Assembly (NCBI GenBank): GCA_002269645.1
Contig: NIVC01001598.1
Location: 62,001 to 126,000, forward strand
Direction of reading: 5' to 3'
DNA: 64,000 bases
Source: Macrostomum lignano
Lineage: Eukaryota
In this document: piece after piece, positions 26,047-38,552 of the stretch
How the letters are laid out: each line of letters begins with the position of its first letter
Position numbering within the stretch: the first letter of the stretch is position 1
Program-made: the position numbers and the translations under genes
The notes under the pieces: model-generated
The model's database searches: none
The model's input: the letters and a program-made list of their open reading frames with translations, nothing else
What the model was told of the DNA's origin: nothing

Positions 26047-27966
26047 AATGAATCCGGAGAGTTGAGTTGTTTGACGGAAAAAATTCGATTGAGTCCAGTT
26101 TAGCGGAGACGATTTCAATGTTTTAATTTTGACGAAGAGGATTTCTGTTTCGTGGAGAGGATTTCGATGGTGTTCAGTTTCGTGGAGAGGATTTCGATGG
26201 CGTTCACTTTCGTGGAAAGGATTTCGATGATGTTCAGTTTCACGGAGAGGATTTCGATGATGTTCAGCTTCACGGAGAGGATTTCTGTTTCGCGGAGATA
26301 ATTTATGATTGATTTCTGTTTTATGGAGACCATTTTGATGGATTTAAGTTTCAAGGAGAGGATTTCGAAGGAGTCCAGTTTCACGGAGAGGATTTCGATG
26401 GTTTTCAGTTGCACGGACAGGATTTTTCTGCTTCGCGGAGAGGATCTTGATGGATTTGGCATCTTCAATCAGTCAGAGAAGAGAGTAAAGAGAAGAATGA
26501 AAAGAGAAGAGAGATGAGATGATAGAAAACAGAGTAGAAATGAATGGAGAGATTAGACATGACAGATGGGAGAGAAGAGGGGAGTAAGGCGGGAACGAAG
26601 GAAGAGAAAAGAGAAGAGGAGATGAAGGGAGAGGATATGAGAGAGGAGATATGAGATAGCAGAGAGGAGACAGGACAGAGAAGAAAAGATGGATAAGAGC
26701 GCACAGAGGCAATAGAAGAGAGGAAAGAGAGGAGAGAGGTGAGAGTTGAGAGGAGAGAGATGAAAGATCAGAGATCAGAGATTTAAGAGAAGAAAGTAGT
26801 GAGGAAAAAGAAGAGGGTAAAGATGAGAGTGCAGAGAGGAGAGAAACGAGAGGAGACAGGTGGTAGAAAGGAGTGTAAGAAACAGGAGATAAGAAAGGAG
26901 AGGGTGAGAGTGAGAGCATATAGGAAAGTGTAAAAGGGGAGCAGAGTAGAGAGAATAGATAAGTGAGTAGAGAAGAGATATGAGAGAGGAGAGATTCGAG
27001 ATTAGAGAAGAGATGAGGGGAGATGAGAGGAGAGAAAAGAGAGGAGAGGAGACAGGTGATGCAGTAGAAAGGGAAGAAAGATGGTAGATAAGAAAGGAGA
27101 GGGTGAGAGCGTATAAGAGATACGAGAAATGAGAGCAGAGAGAAGAGAGAAAGTAGAGCGGAGACAATAAATAAGTAAGTAGAGATGAGATATGAGAGAG
27201 GAGAGAAAAGGGGAGAGATGAGAGAGAAGATAGGAGAGTAGACAGGAGAGGGTACAGACGAAAGACGAGGGAGAAGAGATAAATAAGGGAGTAGAGATGA
27301 GAGGAGAGAGAGGAGAGAGAAGCGAAAAGAGAAGAGAGAGAGGAGAGAGGAGAGAGGAAAGAAATGGAGGATCAGAGATGAGAGAGTTAAGAGAGGAAAG
27401 TAGTGAGGAGAGGAGAGATTAGAGATGCGATGAGAAGAGATGAGTGAGAACATAAGAGAGAAGAGATTAGAGATTAGAGAAGAAAGGGGAGAAGATGAAA
27501 GGAGCAACGAAGGGAGAATAGAGAGATAAGATAAGTTGATAGATAAGTGAGTAGAGATGACATATGAGAGAGGAGGGAAGAGGGAGAGATAAGAGAGAAG
27601 AGAGGAGACAGGAGACAGGAGTGAAGAGGAGAGATGAGAGAAGAGAGGAGACAAGAGACAGGAGAAGGTACAGACGAAAGACGAGGGACAAGAAATAAAT
27701 AAGGGAGTAGGGATAGAGATGAGATGAGAGAGAGGAGAGAGAAGAGAGAGAAGAGAGTCACGATAATAGCGAAGAGAGGAGAGAGGAGATATGAGAGACG
27801 TGAGAGTCTTTGAGCTATGGTCTTTGAAAAGTTTTGTAAAGAATTTGGAGACGATTTGGAAGATAGGGTTCAAGACATGGAATTTCAGTTGATGGATATT
27901 ACAGGGAATGGAATTCCGGTGATGGGAGTTCTTCCCCTTTCTCCTCCGAAGGAGGAGTTCCACTCG

Positions 27967-28200
27967 TAATATACTAAAAATGAAATGCTTGGTTGCTTGC
28001 TTGTAATTGATTTTCTCCCGAACGGCTCAACCGATTTTCTTCAAACTTGCACCATTCGATCAGAAATTTTCCCGGGACGGTACATGCATCGTGGCTAAGA
28101 AATTGCTCGATACTAAAGGGATTAAATATTCGAAATTGCTCGATACTAAAGGGATTAAATATTCGAAAAACATGCTTTTTTGCAAAGGTCAAGCATCGAA
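27967..28200 (+). mobile_element. Helitron-like 5' fragment (ATATACTAAAAATGAAATG...AACGGCTCAACCGATTTT)
   Basis: Resembles 5' ends of non-autonomous animal Helitrons; inverted homologue at 33725-33933. Confidence 0.55.
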
Positions 28201-28650
28201 ATGCATTGTAAGAATGCTAGCAGAAAAACTGACTGGTTGAATTCTGATTCTAAAATAGATTGCATCACAATACACTTTGTTTATCGTCTGTGTACTGGCT
28301 GAATTTGACACTCAATTGAATTGCGTCACAGCTTTGAGTGTGAAAGCATAGCGCAGTACTGAATTTATATTACGTAACCATATTGTTAACTTTCATAGAC
28401 ACTGGTACTGACTTGCCTAAGAAATTGATTATGTCATAACTGCTTCGTGTGACTTTTAACTCTACCTGACTTGGTGTGAGTGTTGAATTATATAAGTGGT
28501 ACAAATTCACTGATAACTTCGATGAGAGCTAGACTAGAGCTGAACAGACCAGACTGCTAATGCAGCGACCTAGGTTCGAATCTAAGTAGTTTAAAAGTAG
28601 TAGTATAAATTTTTTTATTAAAAGCTTTTATTAAATATTTAGTCCTTTAA

Positions 28651-30329
28651 CTAGCAATCTTCGCCCCCCGATGGGGGGCGCAAAAATGACGCCAAGTGGT
28701 TTTTATTTTGGCCAATGAGTAATCACCTTACTTATTATTCAAAATCCATTAATCAAAACTTACTTTTTCTCATTTTTGGCAAAAATAAATTGCCATGAAT
28801 CAAAACCTTCACCAGCCAAAGTTTCCTTCATCAGCCCAAAACCCTTTCTCATTCAGCAAATAGTACTTATCCTTTCAAGCACAAACTCTTAGGGCATATC
28901 GTCATTGGCCTGGGCATATTCTGGTCCGCAGCAGGAGCTCAATATGCCATAAGCCTTGATAACATCTCAATAATTTCCCCAGTAAGCCTTGACATCTCAG
29001 CAATTCCTCTCAGTAAGCCTTGACATCTCAGCAATTCCCCCCAGTAAGCCTTGAAATCTCAGTAACTCCCCAGTAAGTCTCGAATCTCAGTTATTCTTCC
29101 AGTAAGTCTTGAAGTCTAAGCAATTTCCCCAGTAAGCCTTGACATCTCAGCAATTCATCCAAGAAAGCCTTGAAATCTCAGCAATTCCCCCAGTAAGCCT
29201 TGAAGTCTCAGTAATTCCCCAGTAAGTCTCGAATCTCAGTAATTCCTCCAGTAAGTCTTGACTTCTCACAATTCCCCAGTAGGCCTTGACAACTCAGCAA
29301 TTCCCCCAGTAAGCCTTCACATCTCAGCAATTCCCCCAGTAAGCCTTGACAACTCAGCAATTCCCACAGTAAACCTTGAAATCTCAGAAATTCCCCCAGT
29401 AAGCCTTGAAGTCTCAGCAATTCCCCCAGTAGGCCTTGACAACTCACCAATTCCCCCAGTAGGCCTTGACAACTCAGCAATTCATCCAATAAAGCCTTGA
29501 AATCTCAGCAATTTCCTGAGTAAGCCTTGAAATCTCAGAAATTCCCCCAGTAAGCCTTGAAGTCTCAGAAATTTCCCCAGTAAGCCTCGACATCGCAGCA
29601 ATTACCCCATTAAGCCTTGACATCTCAGAAATCCCCCAGTAAGCCTTGACATTGCAGCAATTAAACTCGAGCCTTGGCATCTACGCAATTCTCCCAGTCC
29701 AGTAAGCCTCGAGATTGCAGCAATTCCCCCAGTAAGCCTTGACAACTCAGCAATTCATCCAAGAAAGCCTTGAAATCTCAGCAATTTCCTGAGTAAGCCT
29801 TGAAATCTCAGAAATTCCCCCAGTAAGCCTTGACAACTCAGCAATTCCCCCAGTAAACCTTGAAATCTCAGAAATTCCCCCAGTAAGCCTTGAAGTCTCA
29901 GTAATTCCCCCAGTAAACCTTGAAATCTCAGAAATTCCCCCAGTAAGCCTTGAAGTCTCAGCAATTCTCCCAGTAGGCCTTGACAACTCAGCAATTCCCC
30001 CAGTAAACCTTGAAATCTCAGAAATTCCCCCAGTAAGCCTTGAAGTCTCAGCAATTCTCCCAGTAAGCCTTGACAACTCAGCAATTCCCCAGTAAACCTT
30101 GAAATCTCAGAAATTCCCCTAGTAAGCCTTGACAACTCAGCAATTCCTCCCAGTTAGCCTTTGGCTGGTGAAGGTTTTGATTCATGGCAATTTATTTTTG
30201 CCAAAAATGAGAAAAAGTAAGTTTTGATTAATGGATTTTGAATAATAAGTAAGGTTATTACTCATTGGCCAAAATAAAAACCACTTGGCGTCATTCTTGC
30301 GTCCCCCAACGGGGGGCTTAAATTGCTAG
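28651..30329. mobile_element. Foldback structure: 171-bp inverted arms (28651-28821, 30159-30329), each ending outward in hairpin plus CTAG
   Basis: Arms are near-perfect reverse complements; no TSD seen. Confidence 0.8.
28960..30150. repeat. ~30-bp minisatellite (CAGTAAGCCTTGAAATCTCAGCAATTCCCC) inside the foldback
   Basis: Tandem units. Confidence 0.95.
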
Positions 30330-30864
30330 TAGTTGCTTTTAATCAAAAAATGTTCGATTAGTCCAGGCACAAGCTAAAAATAAATGAAAATTAATTTAAT
30401 ATATTTTTATCTCCCACGTGCATACTCTGAAGCTTGCGAATAATTTAATTATTTATAGCTCGTAGCATCAGCTCAAGAAGTTAAAGTTTAGTCTATGGCC
30501 ATAGACGTATTATTATTTTTCGAGCTCTCACTGCGAGAAAAATACACTAATTAGATAGGGAAAATACAGTTTTTTGAATATTTAAGACCTTTAGAATTGA
30601 AGCAGATAAAAGAAATGTTAACCATACAATCCTTGGTTGAGTTGCAACTTTTTGGTGAAAACGCAATCAAAATTGGTCAAGAATTGCAGTCTGTAGAGCG
30701 TTTTACACGGACAGACAGACATAGATTAGAGATTTAGTATATAAGACGATGGGGGACATCTGGATAGAATCTCTGTTTTCTACAAGTAACAAAAAGACAG
30801 CCAAAAATCCTTCAAAAAGACAACAGACAAACTGCTCAAATGAAGTGCATTGCAAAAAGAAATC

Positions 30865-31635
30865 ATCCCAAGACTGCAAGCATCCCCAGATAGCAAGCAT
30901 CCCCTAGATAGCAAGCATCCCCTAGATAGCAAGCATCCCCAGATAGCAAGCATCCCCTAGATAGCAAGCATCCCCCAGATAGCAAGCATCCCCCAGATAG
31001 CAAGCATCCCCCAGATTGCAAGCATCCCCAGATAGCAAGCATCCCCAAGATAGCAAGCATCCCCCAGATAGCAAGCATCCCCCAGATAGCAAGCATCCCC
31101 AAGATAGCAAGCATCCCCAAGATAGCAAGCATCCCCCAGATAGCAAGCATCCCCCAGATAGCAAGCATCCCCCAGATAGCAAGCATCCCCCAGATAGCAA
31201 GCATCCCCCAGATAGCAAGCATCCCCAGATAGCAAGCATCCCCCAGATAGCAAGCATCCCCAGATAGCAAGCATCCCCCAGATAGCAAGCATCCCCAGAT
31301 AGCAAGCATCGTCCAGATAGCAAGCATCCCCCAGATAGCAAGCATCCCCCAGATAGCAAGCATCCCCAAGATAGCAAGCATCCCCAAGATAGCAAGCATC
31401 CCCCAGATAGCAAGCATCCCCCAGATAGCAAGCATCCCCAGATAGCAAGCATCCCCCAGATAGCAAGCATCCCCCAGATAGCAAGCATCCCCAGATAGCA
31501 AGCATCCCCCAGATAGCAAGCATCCCCCAGATAGCAAGCATCCCCCAGATAGCAAGCATCCCCCAGATAGCAAGCATCCCCCAGATAGCAAGCATCCCCA
31601 AGATAGATAGCATCCCCAAATAGCAAGCATCCACC
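30865..31635. repeat. 17/18-bp minisatellite (AGATAGCAAGCATCCCCC)
   Basis: Tandem units; the same motif occurs reversed at ~18465-18500 and 36460-36820. Confidence 0.95.
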
Positions 31636-31779
31636 AGACAATAAGTAGCTAGTGCGACAATTTCCTTAGCATTATAGCGGCTCCTTTAAAATTCGCTTAT
31701 TTTTACGTTTGAAATTGTGTATCTTTTATGTTTAACAGGGTGGCTCTTTTATGTTCTACGCTCGTACATGTTAACTCTT

Positions 31780-33350
31780 TTATGTTTGATACGGTGGCTT
31801 TTCAATGTCTGACATAGTGGCTCTTCTATGTTTGACATGGGGGCTCTTCTATGTTTGACATGGGGGCTCTTCTATGTTTGACATGGGGCTCTTCTATGTT
31901 TGACAAAGTGGCTTTTTAATGTTTAACATGGTGGCTCTTTAATGTTCGAAATGGTGGCTCTTTAATGTTCAAAAAGGTGGCTCTTTTATGTTTGACATGG
32001 TGGCTCTTTAATGTTTGACATGGTGGCTCTTTAATGTTAGACAAAGTAGCTCTTTAATGTTTGACATGATGGCTCTTTAATGATAGACATGGTGGCTCTT
32101 TAATTTTTGACATGGTGGCTCTTTAATGTTGGACATGGTGGCTCTTTAATGTTAGACATGGTGGCTCTTTAATGTTCGACATAAAGTCACTTATATGTTT
32201 GACATGATGGCTCTTTTATGTTTAACATGGTGGCTCTTTAATGTTTGACATGGTAGCTCTTTTATGTTCGACATGGTGGCTCTTTAATGTTCGACATGGT
32301 GGCTCTTTTATGTTCGACATGGTGTCGCTTTAATGTTTGACATGGAGTTACGTATATGTTTTACATGGTGGCTCTTAAATGTTTGACATGGTGGCTCTTC
32401 AATGTTTGACATGGTGTCTCTTTAACGTTTGACATGGAGTCATGTATATGTTTGACATGGTGGCTCTTTAATGTTAGACATGGTGGCTCTTTTATGTTTT
32501 GCATGGTGGCTCTTTAATGTTAGACATGGTGGCTCTTTTATGTTTTGCATGGTGGCTCTTTTATGTTCGACATGGTGTCTCTTCAATGCTTGACATGGAG
32601 TCACGTATATGTTTGACATGGAGTCATGTATATGTTTGACCTGGTGGCTCTTTAATGTTTTATATGGTGGCACTTTCATGTTTGACCTGGTGGCTCTTTA
32701 ATGTTTGACATGGTGGCTTTTTAATATTTGACATGGTGGCACTTTCATGTTTGACCTGGTGGGTCTTTAATGTTTGACATGGTACCTCTTTTATGTTCGA
32801 CATGGTGGCTCTTTAATGTTTTACATGGTGGCTCTTTAATGTTTGACATGGTGACTCTTTTATGTTCTACATGGTGGCTCTTTTATGTTCGACATGGTGG
32901 CTCTTTAATGTTCTTAATGGTGTCTGTTTTATGTTTGACATGGCGGCTCTTTAATGTTTGACATGGTGGCTTTTTAATGTTTGACATGGTGGCTTTTTAA
33001 TGTTCGACATGGTGGCTCTTTTAGGTTTGAAATGGTGGCTCTTAAATGTTTGACATTGTGGCTCTTTAATGTTCGACATGGTGGCTCTTTAATGTTTGAC
33101 ATGGTAACTCTTTTATGTTTGATATGGTGGCTCTTTTATGTTCGACATGGTGGCTCTTTAATGTTCGACATGGTGGCTCTTTTAGGTTTGAAATGGTGGC
33201 TCTTTAATGTTTGACATTGTGGCTCTTTAATGTTTGAAATGGTGGCTCTTTAATGTTCGACATGGTGGCTCTTATAGGTTTGAAATGGTGGCTCTTTAAT
33301 GTTTGACATTGTGGCTCTTTAATGTTTGAAATGGTGGCTCTTTAATGTTT
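31780..33350. repeat. 23-bp minisatellite (TTTGACATGGTGGCTCTTTAATG)
   Basis: Tandem units. Confidence 0.95.
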
Positions 33351-33724
33351 AGAATTTTGTGTTTTTAAGGTGTTTTAATAAAAAAAACATTTTTCACTAC
33401 TAAGATTCGAACCAAGGTCGCTACATTAGCATTCCAGTTTGTTTGCATCCGGCTATCTCTTTTCAATCGGAGAACTTGAATTGTGGCCCTTATAATAAAT
33501 TCTTATAGCAAGTCGGTTAGAGTAAAAAGTTATGACATAATCAATTTCTCAGTCAGCCAGTATCAGTCTAAATTCAAGTTAGCAATATGGTTACGCAATT
33601 TCAATGAAGTCTTGTGTGCGTTTCTGTGGCACTGTTTTCAACTTGTTGTGATGCAATCTTTATCACAATCGTAATTCAGCCAGTCAGTTTTTTCTCTAGC
33701 ATTCTTACAATGCATTTCAGGTCG

Positions 33725-33933
33725 AAAGAGCTGCTTGACCTTTGCAAAAAAGCATGTTTTTCGAATATTTAATCCCTTTAACATTGAGCAATTTCTTAGC
33801 CAAGATGCATGTACCGTCCCAGGAAAATTTCTGATCGAATGGTGCAAGTTTGAAGAAAATCGGTTGAGCCATTTTTTCTGATATCTATCGCATAGCTAGT
33901 TAGTTACAGACATTTCATTTTTAGTATATAGGA
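33725..33933 (-). mobile_element. Helitron-like 5' fragment (A|TCCTATATACTAAAAATGAAATG on the minus strand)
   Basis: Reverse-complement homologue of 27967-28200. Confidence 0.55.
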
Positions 33934-33974
33934 TAAAACATTTAGTCCTTTAATAAAACAAAACTTAGATTACT

Positions 33975-36420
33975 GCACTCGATAAGCCAAGGATTATTGC
34001 TATTAATAAACCAAGGATTACTGCACTCAATAAGCCAAGGATTATTGCTATTAATAAACCAAGGATTAATGCACTTGATTAATCAAGGATTATTGCTATT
34101 AATAAACCAAGGATTACTGCACTCGATAAGCCAAGGATTATTGCTATTAATAAACCAAGGATTACTGCACTTGGCAAACCAAGGATTACTGCACTCGATA
34201 AGCCAAGGATTATTGCTATTAATAAACCAAGGATTACTGCACTCAATAAACCAAGGACTATTGCTCTTGGCAAACCAAGGATTACTGCACTTGATTAATC
34301 AAGGATTATTGCTATTAATAAACCAATGATTACTGCACTCGATAAGCCAAGGATTATTGCTATTAATAAACCAAGGATTACTGCACTCGATAAGCCATGG
34401 ATTATTGCTATTAATAAACCAAGGATTACTGCACTTGGCAAACCAAGGATTACTGCACTCGATAAGCCAAGGATTATTGCTATTAATAAACCAAGGATTA
34501 ATGCACTTGATTAATCAAGGATTATTGCTATTAATAAACCAAGGATTACTGCACTCGATAAGCCATGGATTATTGCTATTAATAAACCAAGGATTACTGC
34601 ACTCAATAAACCAAGGACTATTGCTCTGGGCAAACCAAGGATTACTGCACTTGATTAATCAAGGATTATTGCTATTATTAAACCAAGGATTACTGCACTT
34701 GATTAATCAAGGATTATTGCTATTATTAAACCAAGGATTACTGCACTCGATAAGCCAAGGATTATTGCTTTTAATAAACCAATGATTACTGCACTCGATA
34801 AGCCATGGATTATTGCTATTAATAAACCAAGGATTACTGCACTTGGCAAACCAAGGATTACTGCACTCGATAAGCCATGGATTATTGCTATTAATAAACC
34901 AAGGATTACTGCACTCGATAAGCCAAGGATTATTGCTATTAATAAACCAAGGATTAATGCACTTGATTAATCAAGGATTATTGCTATTAATAAACCAAGG
35001 ATTACTGCATTCGATAAGCCATGGATTATTGCTATTAATAAACCAATGATTACTGCACTCGATAAGCCAAGGATTATTGCTATTATTAAACCAAGGATTA
35101 CTGCATTCGATAAGCCATGGATTATTGCTATTAATAAACCAAGGATTACTGCACTCAATAAACCAAGGACTATTGCTCTGGGCAAACCAAGGATTACTGC
35201 ACTTGATTAATCAAGGATTATTGCTATTAATAAACCAAGGATTACTGCACTCGATAAGCCAAGGATTATTGCTATTAATAAACCAAGGATTACTGCACTT
35301 GGCAAACCAACGATTACTGCACTCGATAAGCCAAGGATTATTGCTATTAATAAACCAAGGATTACTGCACTCAATAAACCAAGGACTATTGCTCTGGGCA
35401 AACCAAGGATTACTGCACTTGATTAATCAAGGATTATTGCTATTAATAAACCAAGGATTACTGCACTCGATAAGCCAAGGATTATTGCTATTAATAAACC
35501 AAGGATTACTGCACTCGATAAGCCAAGGATTATTGCTATTAATAAACCAAGGATTACTGCACTCAATAAACCAAGGACTATTGCTCTGGGCAAACCAAGG
35601 ATTACTGCACTTGATTAATCAAGGATTATTGCTATTAATAAACCAAGGATTACTGCACTCGATAAGCCAAGGATTATTGCTATTAATAAACCAAGGATTA
35701 CTGCACTCGATAAGCCAAGGATTATTGCTATTAATAAACCAAGGATTACTGCACTCGATAAGCCAAGGATTACTGCACTTGGCAAACCAAGGATTACTGC
35801 ACTCGATAAGCCATGGATTATTGCTATTAATAAACTAAGGATTACTGCACTCGATAAGCCAAGGATTATTGCTATTAATAAACCAAGGATTAATGCACTT
35901 GATAAGCCAAGGATTATTGCTATTAATAAACCAAGCATTACTGCATTCGATAAGCCAAGGATTATTGCTATTAATAAACCATGGACTACTGCACTCGATA
36001 AGCCAAGGGTTATTGCTGTTAATAAACCAAGGATTACTGCACTCGATAAGCCAAGGATTATTGCTATTAATAAACCAAGGATTAATGCACTCGATAAGCC
36101 AAGGATTATTGCTATTAATAAACCAAGGATTACTGCACTCGATAAGCCAAGGATTATTGCTATTAATAAACCAAGGATTACTAAACTTGGAAAACCAAGG
36201 ATTACTGCACTTGAGAAGCCAGGGATTATTGCTATTAATAAACCAAGGATTACTGCACTCGATAAGCCAAAGATTATTGGTCTTAATAAACCAAGGATTA
36301 CTGCACTCGATAAGCCAAAGATTATTGGTCTTAATAAACCAAGGATTACTTCACTCCATAGCCAAGGATTACTTCACTCCATAGCCAAGGATTACTGCAC
36401 TCGATAGCCAAGGATTACTG
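33975..36420. repeat. 24-bp minisatellite with alternating variants (CCAAGGATTATTGCTATTAATAAA / CCAAGGATTACTGCACTCGATAAG)
   Basis: About 100 units. Confidence 0.95.
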
Positions 36421-36454
36421 CGCTTGATAAGCTTGGCTACATGTATAGGATTAT

Positions 36455-37080
36455 TTCTATCCAGGGATGCTTGCTATTTAGGGATTCTTGCTATTTGCAG
36501 GATGCTTGCTATCTGGAAGGATGCTTCTACATTATTTGGGGGATGCTTGCTATCTGGAAGGATGCTTCTACATTATTTGGGGGATGCTTGCTATTTGGCT
36601 GGATGCTTTTATCCGGGAGATGCTTCTATTTGGGGGATGCTTGCTATCTACAAGATGCTTGCTATCTGCAGATGCTTGCTATCTGGGTGGATGCTTGCTA
36701 GGAGTATTAGGGGATGCTTGCTATCTGGGTAGATGCTTGCTAGGAGTATTAGGGGATGCTTGCTATCTGCGGTTGTTTACTTTTGGAGGAGGGTGCTTGC
36801 TACTGGGGGGATGCTTGCTGTCTTGGGAATATTTTCTATTTAGGGGTAATGACTGTGATCTTTGTGAAAGCTATATTTTGTTGTCTGTTTGTTAATTTTA
36901 GAAAAAAAGAGATTCATAGCAAATATCATTGTCCATGACAATTTTAAATGAATAAGGTGATTTTTAAAAGTGATGAAGGACTTGGTTTTTAAGAAAATGT
37001 GCTTTTTCATTGATTTCCATAAACTATTTTTGCTTCATTCTTATTGGGCGCCCCGAAGGGGGGCCGCACTAGATTGCTAG
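36455..37080 (+). mobile_element. Non-autonomous Helitron-like element, 3' portion, with internal GGGATGCTTGCTATCT repeats
   Basis: Ends CGCCCCGAAGGGGGG...ATTGCTAG|T; same family as 18455-18748. Confidence 0.6.
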
Positions 37081-37350
37081 TCCATATACTAAAAATGGTT
37101 TGTCGGTATCTATCTATCTTTTTTGCTAAACCCGTTTAGAAAACACAACTGTATTTTTTAGCTTTGCCACTCTCTAAAACATTTTTCTCGAAAAAAAACT
37201 TGTGAATGCACTTTAGACGAAACGCTTAGGCTCGAAGTTCAGTGCTAAAAAAACTGAAAACTTGCCATCAAATTTCGGAGCGAAAACCGCAGTCTGTAGC
37301 AAATTTGCAATTTGAGTTTTATATGGGTGAGAAATGATTAGTTTTAGCCC

Positions 37351-38552
37351 TCAGGACAGTCGGAAGGTTTTTGACTTCCTGTGGGCGAACTGTCCATACA
37401 GCGAGCCGGGCTCGTCGCGGGCCCCGTCAGTCGAACAGCCCTGCAGCCACAGCCCGGGCTGCCAGCCGGGGGCCGCCGCCATGGACGCCCGCGTGAGCTC
37501 GCGGCTCAGCGACCCCCGCTCGGAGCGCCGCAGACCGGCTGCCCCAAGCGGACGGCCGGCCACCGCGCCAAGGCTGGTCCGCGACCTCTGCAGCGACGCC
37601 TGCTGATGCTGCTGCCGATGATGCTGTGGATGCTGCAGCCAGTTCTGATGCTGAGTCTGCCAGACTCCAACAGCCTCGTCGCTGTCGGCAGCTGGCAGCG
37701 CGGGCACTCGGCCCGGAGACTGGAAGACGTACTGCTTGAACTGGGAGTTGGGCTGCTTGCGGAAGGTTGCCCAGTCGGCTGCTTGCTGGCGGAAGTCCTG
37801 CGTTTGGTAAAACTGCGTTGTAATCGGAAATTTTGCCGCGTCTATTTTCAGGCACCACTATGAATATTACAAGGACTACTTAAAAAGTAGGAAGCAGTGC
37901 TGGTCGATACGACTTGTATGTAGCTACAAAATTACCCCATTCTAGAGCTTTAAGTCCAAATGAAATCCTAATAATTTTTTTCCATTTATCCCCTGGGATG
38001 TATCGACGTTTCTAGTTAACTGGCCCGACAAGTCCCCGATCGCAGTGCGCTTGGTTCGGAGCTTGGCTTGGCATTGTCCCGCCCAGTGGCGACAATTTCA
38101 ACCGTGTCGCACATTACCTGACCGTTCTCCTGCTCCAGGCTGAGGTGGCTCACGATGCTCTGCACCTCTTCCAGCTGCTTCGCCGTCTCCCGCTGTCGCC
38201 GAATCAGGTCGCGAGTCTCGCCGAAATCGACCAGCTGGCAGAGGCTCGCCGCGGCAGTCGAGCCGGTGGCCAGCAACGCCAGCGAAGGCGGCGGCTCCAG
38301 CTGAGGCGGCGGTGCAGCGGGCGGCTGTCCCGGCGGGGCGGCCATGCGGCTCCAGCGCACCCGGGTCGTCGCCATCTTCGACTGACGCGGCGTTCGTCGG
38401 CTGGTCGGCGCGCGAAGCTCGTCAACGCTGGCGGCTGCAGCAGCAGTGGAAGAAGACTCGCAGGTGCCGTTGTAGTCGTCGTGGTCCCCGGCAGCCGCCG
38501 GCCCCAACTGGACGTCAAGCGAGCGCCGGCTTGGAATGGAGGCCGAGGTCAT
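37351..38552 (-). CDS. Putative two-exon gene, unknown low-complexity/coiled-coil protein (exons 38552-38118, 37797-37351; ~293 aa)
   Basis: GC-rich exons, CAG|GTAATG donor and CGCAG acceptor, phase 0, continuous frame (…EQENGQ|DFRQQAADW…). Confidence 0.5.

Larger units (their letters stand above)
18892..27962 (+). mobile_element. Head-to-tail array of a 3474-bp Helitron-like unit: 18892-21014 (1351 bp deleted), 21015-24488, 24489-27962
   Basis: ORF track repeats at an exact 3474-bp offset; units start TCTATATACTAAA and end just after the CTCCTCC-GAA-GGAGGAG hairpin; no coding capacity. Confidence 0.8.

Noticed and set aside
19525-27963. Three 496-aa Leu/Ser-rich minus-strand ORFs
   Set aside because: They are the complement of the polypurine tract; a C/T-rich strand rarely forms stop codons. 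No domain content.
30863-36384. Long repetitive ORFs (GDACYL, QGLLLLIN and similar)
   Set aside because: Translations of minisatellites with unit lengths divisible by 3, open in several frames.
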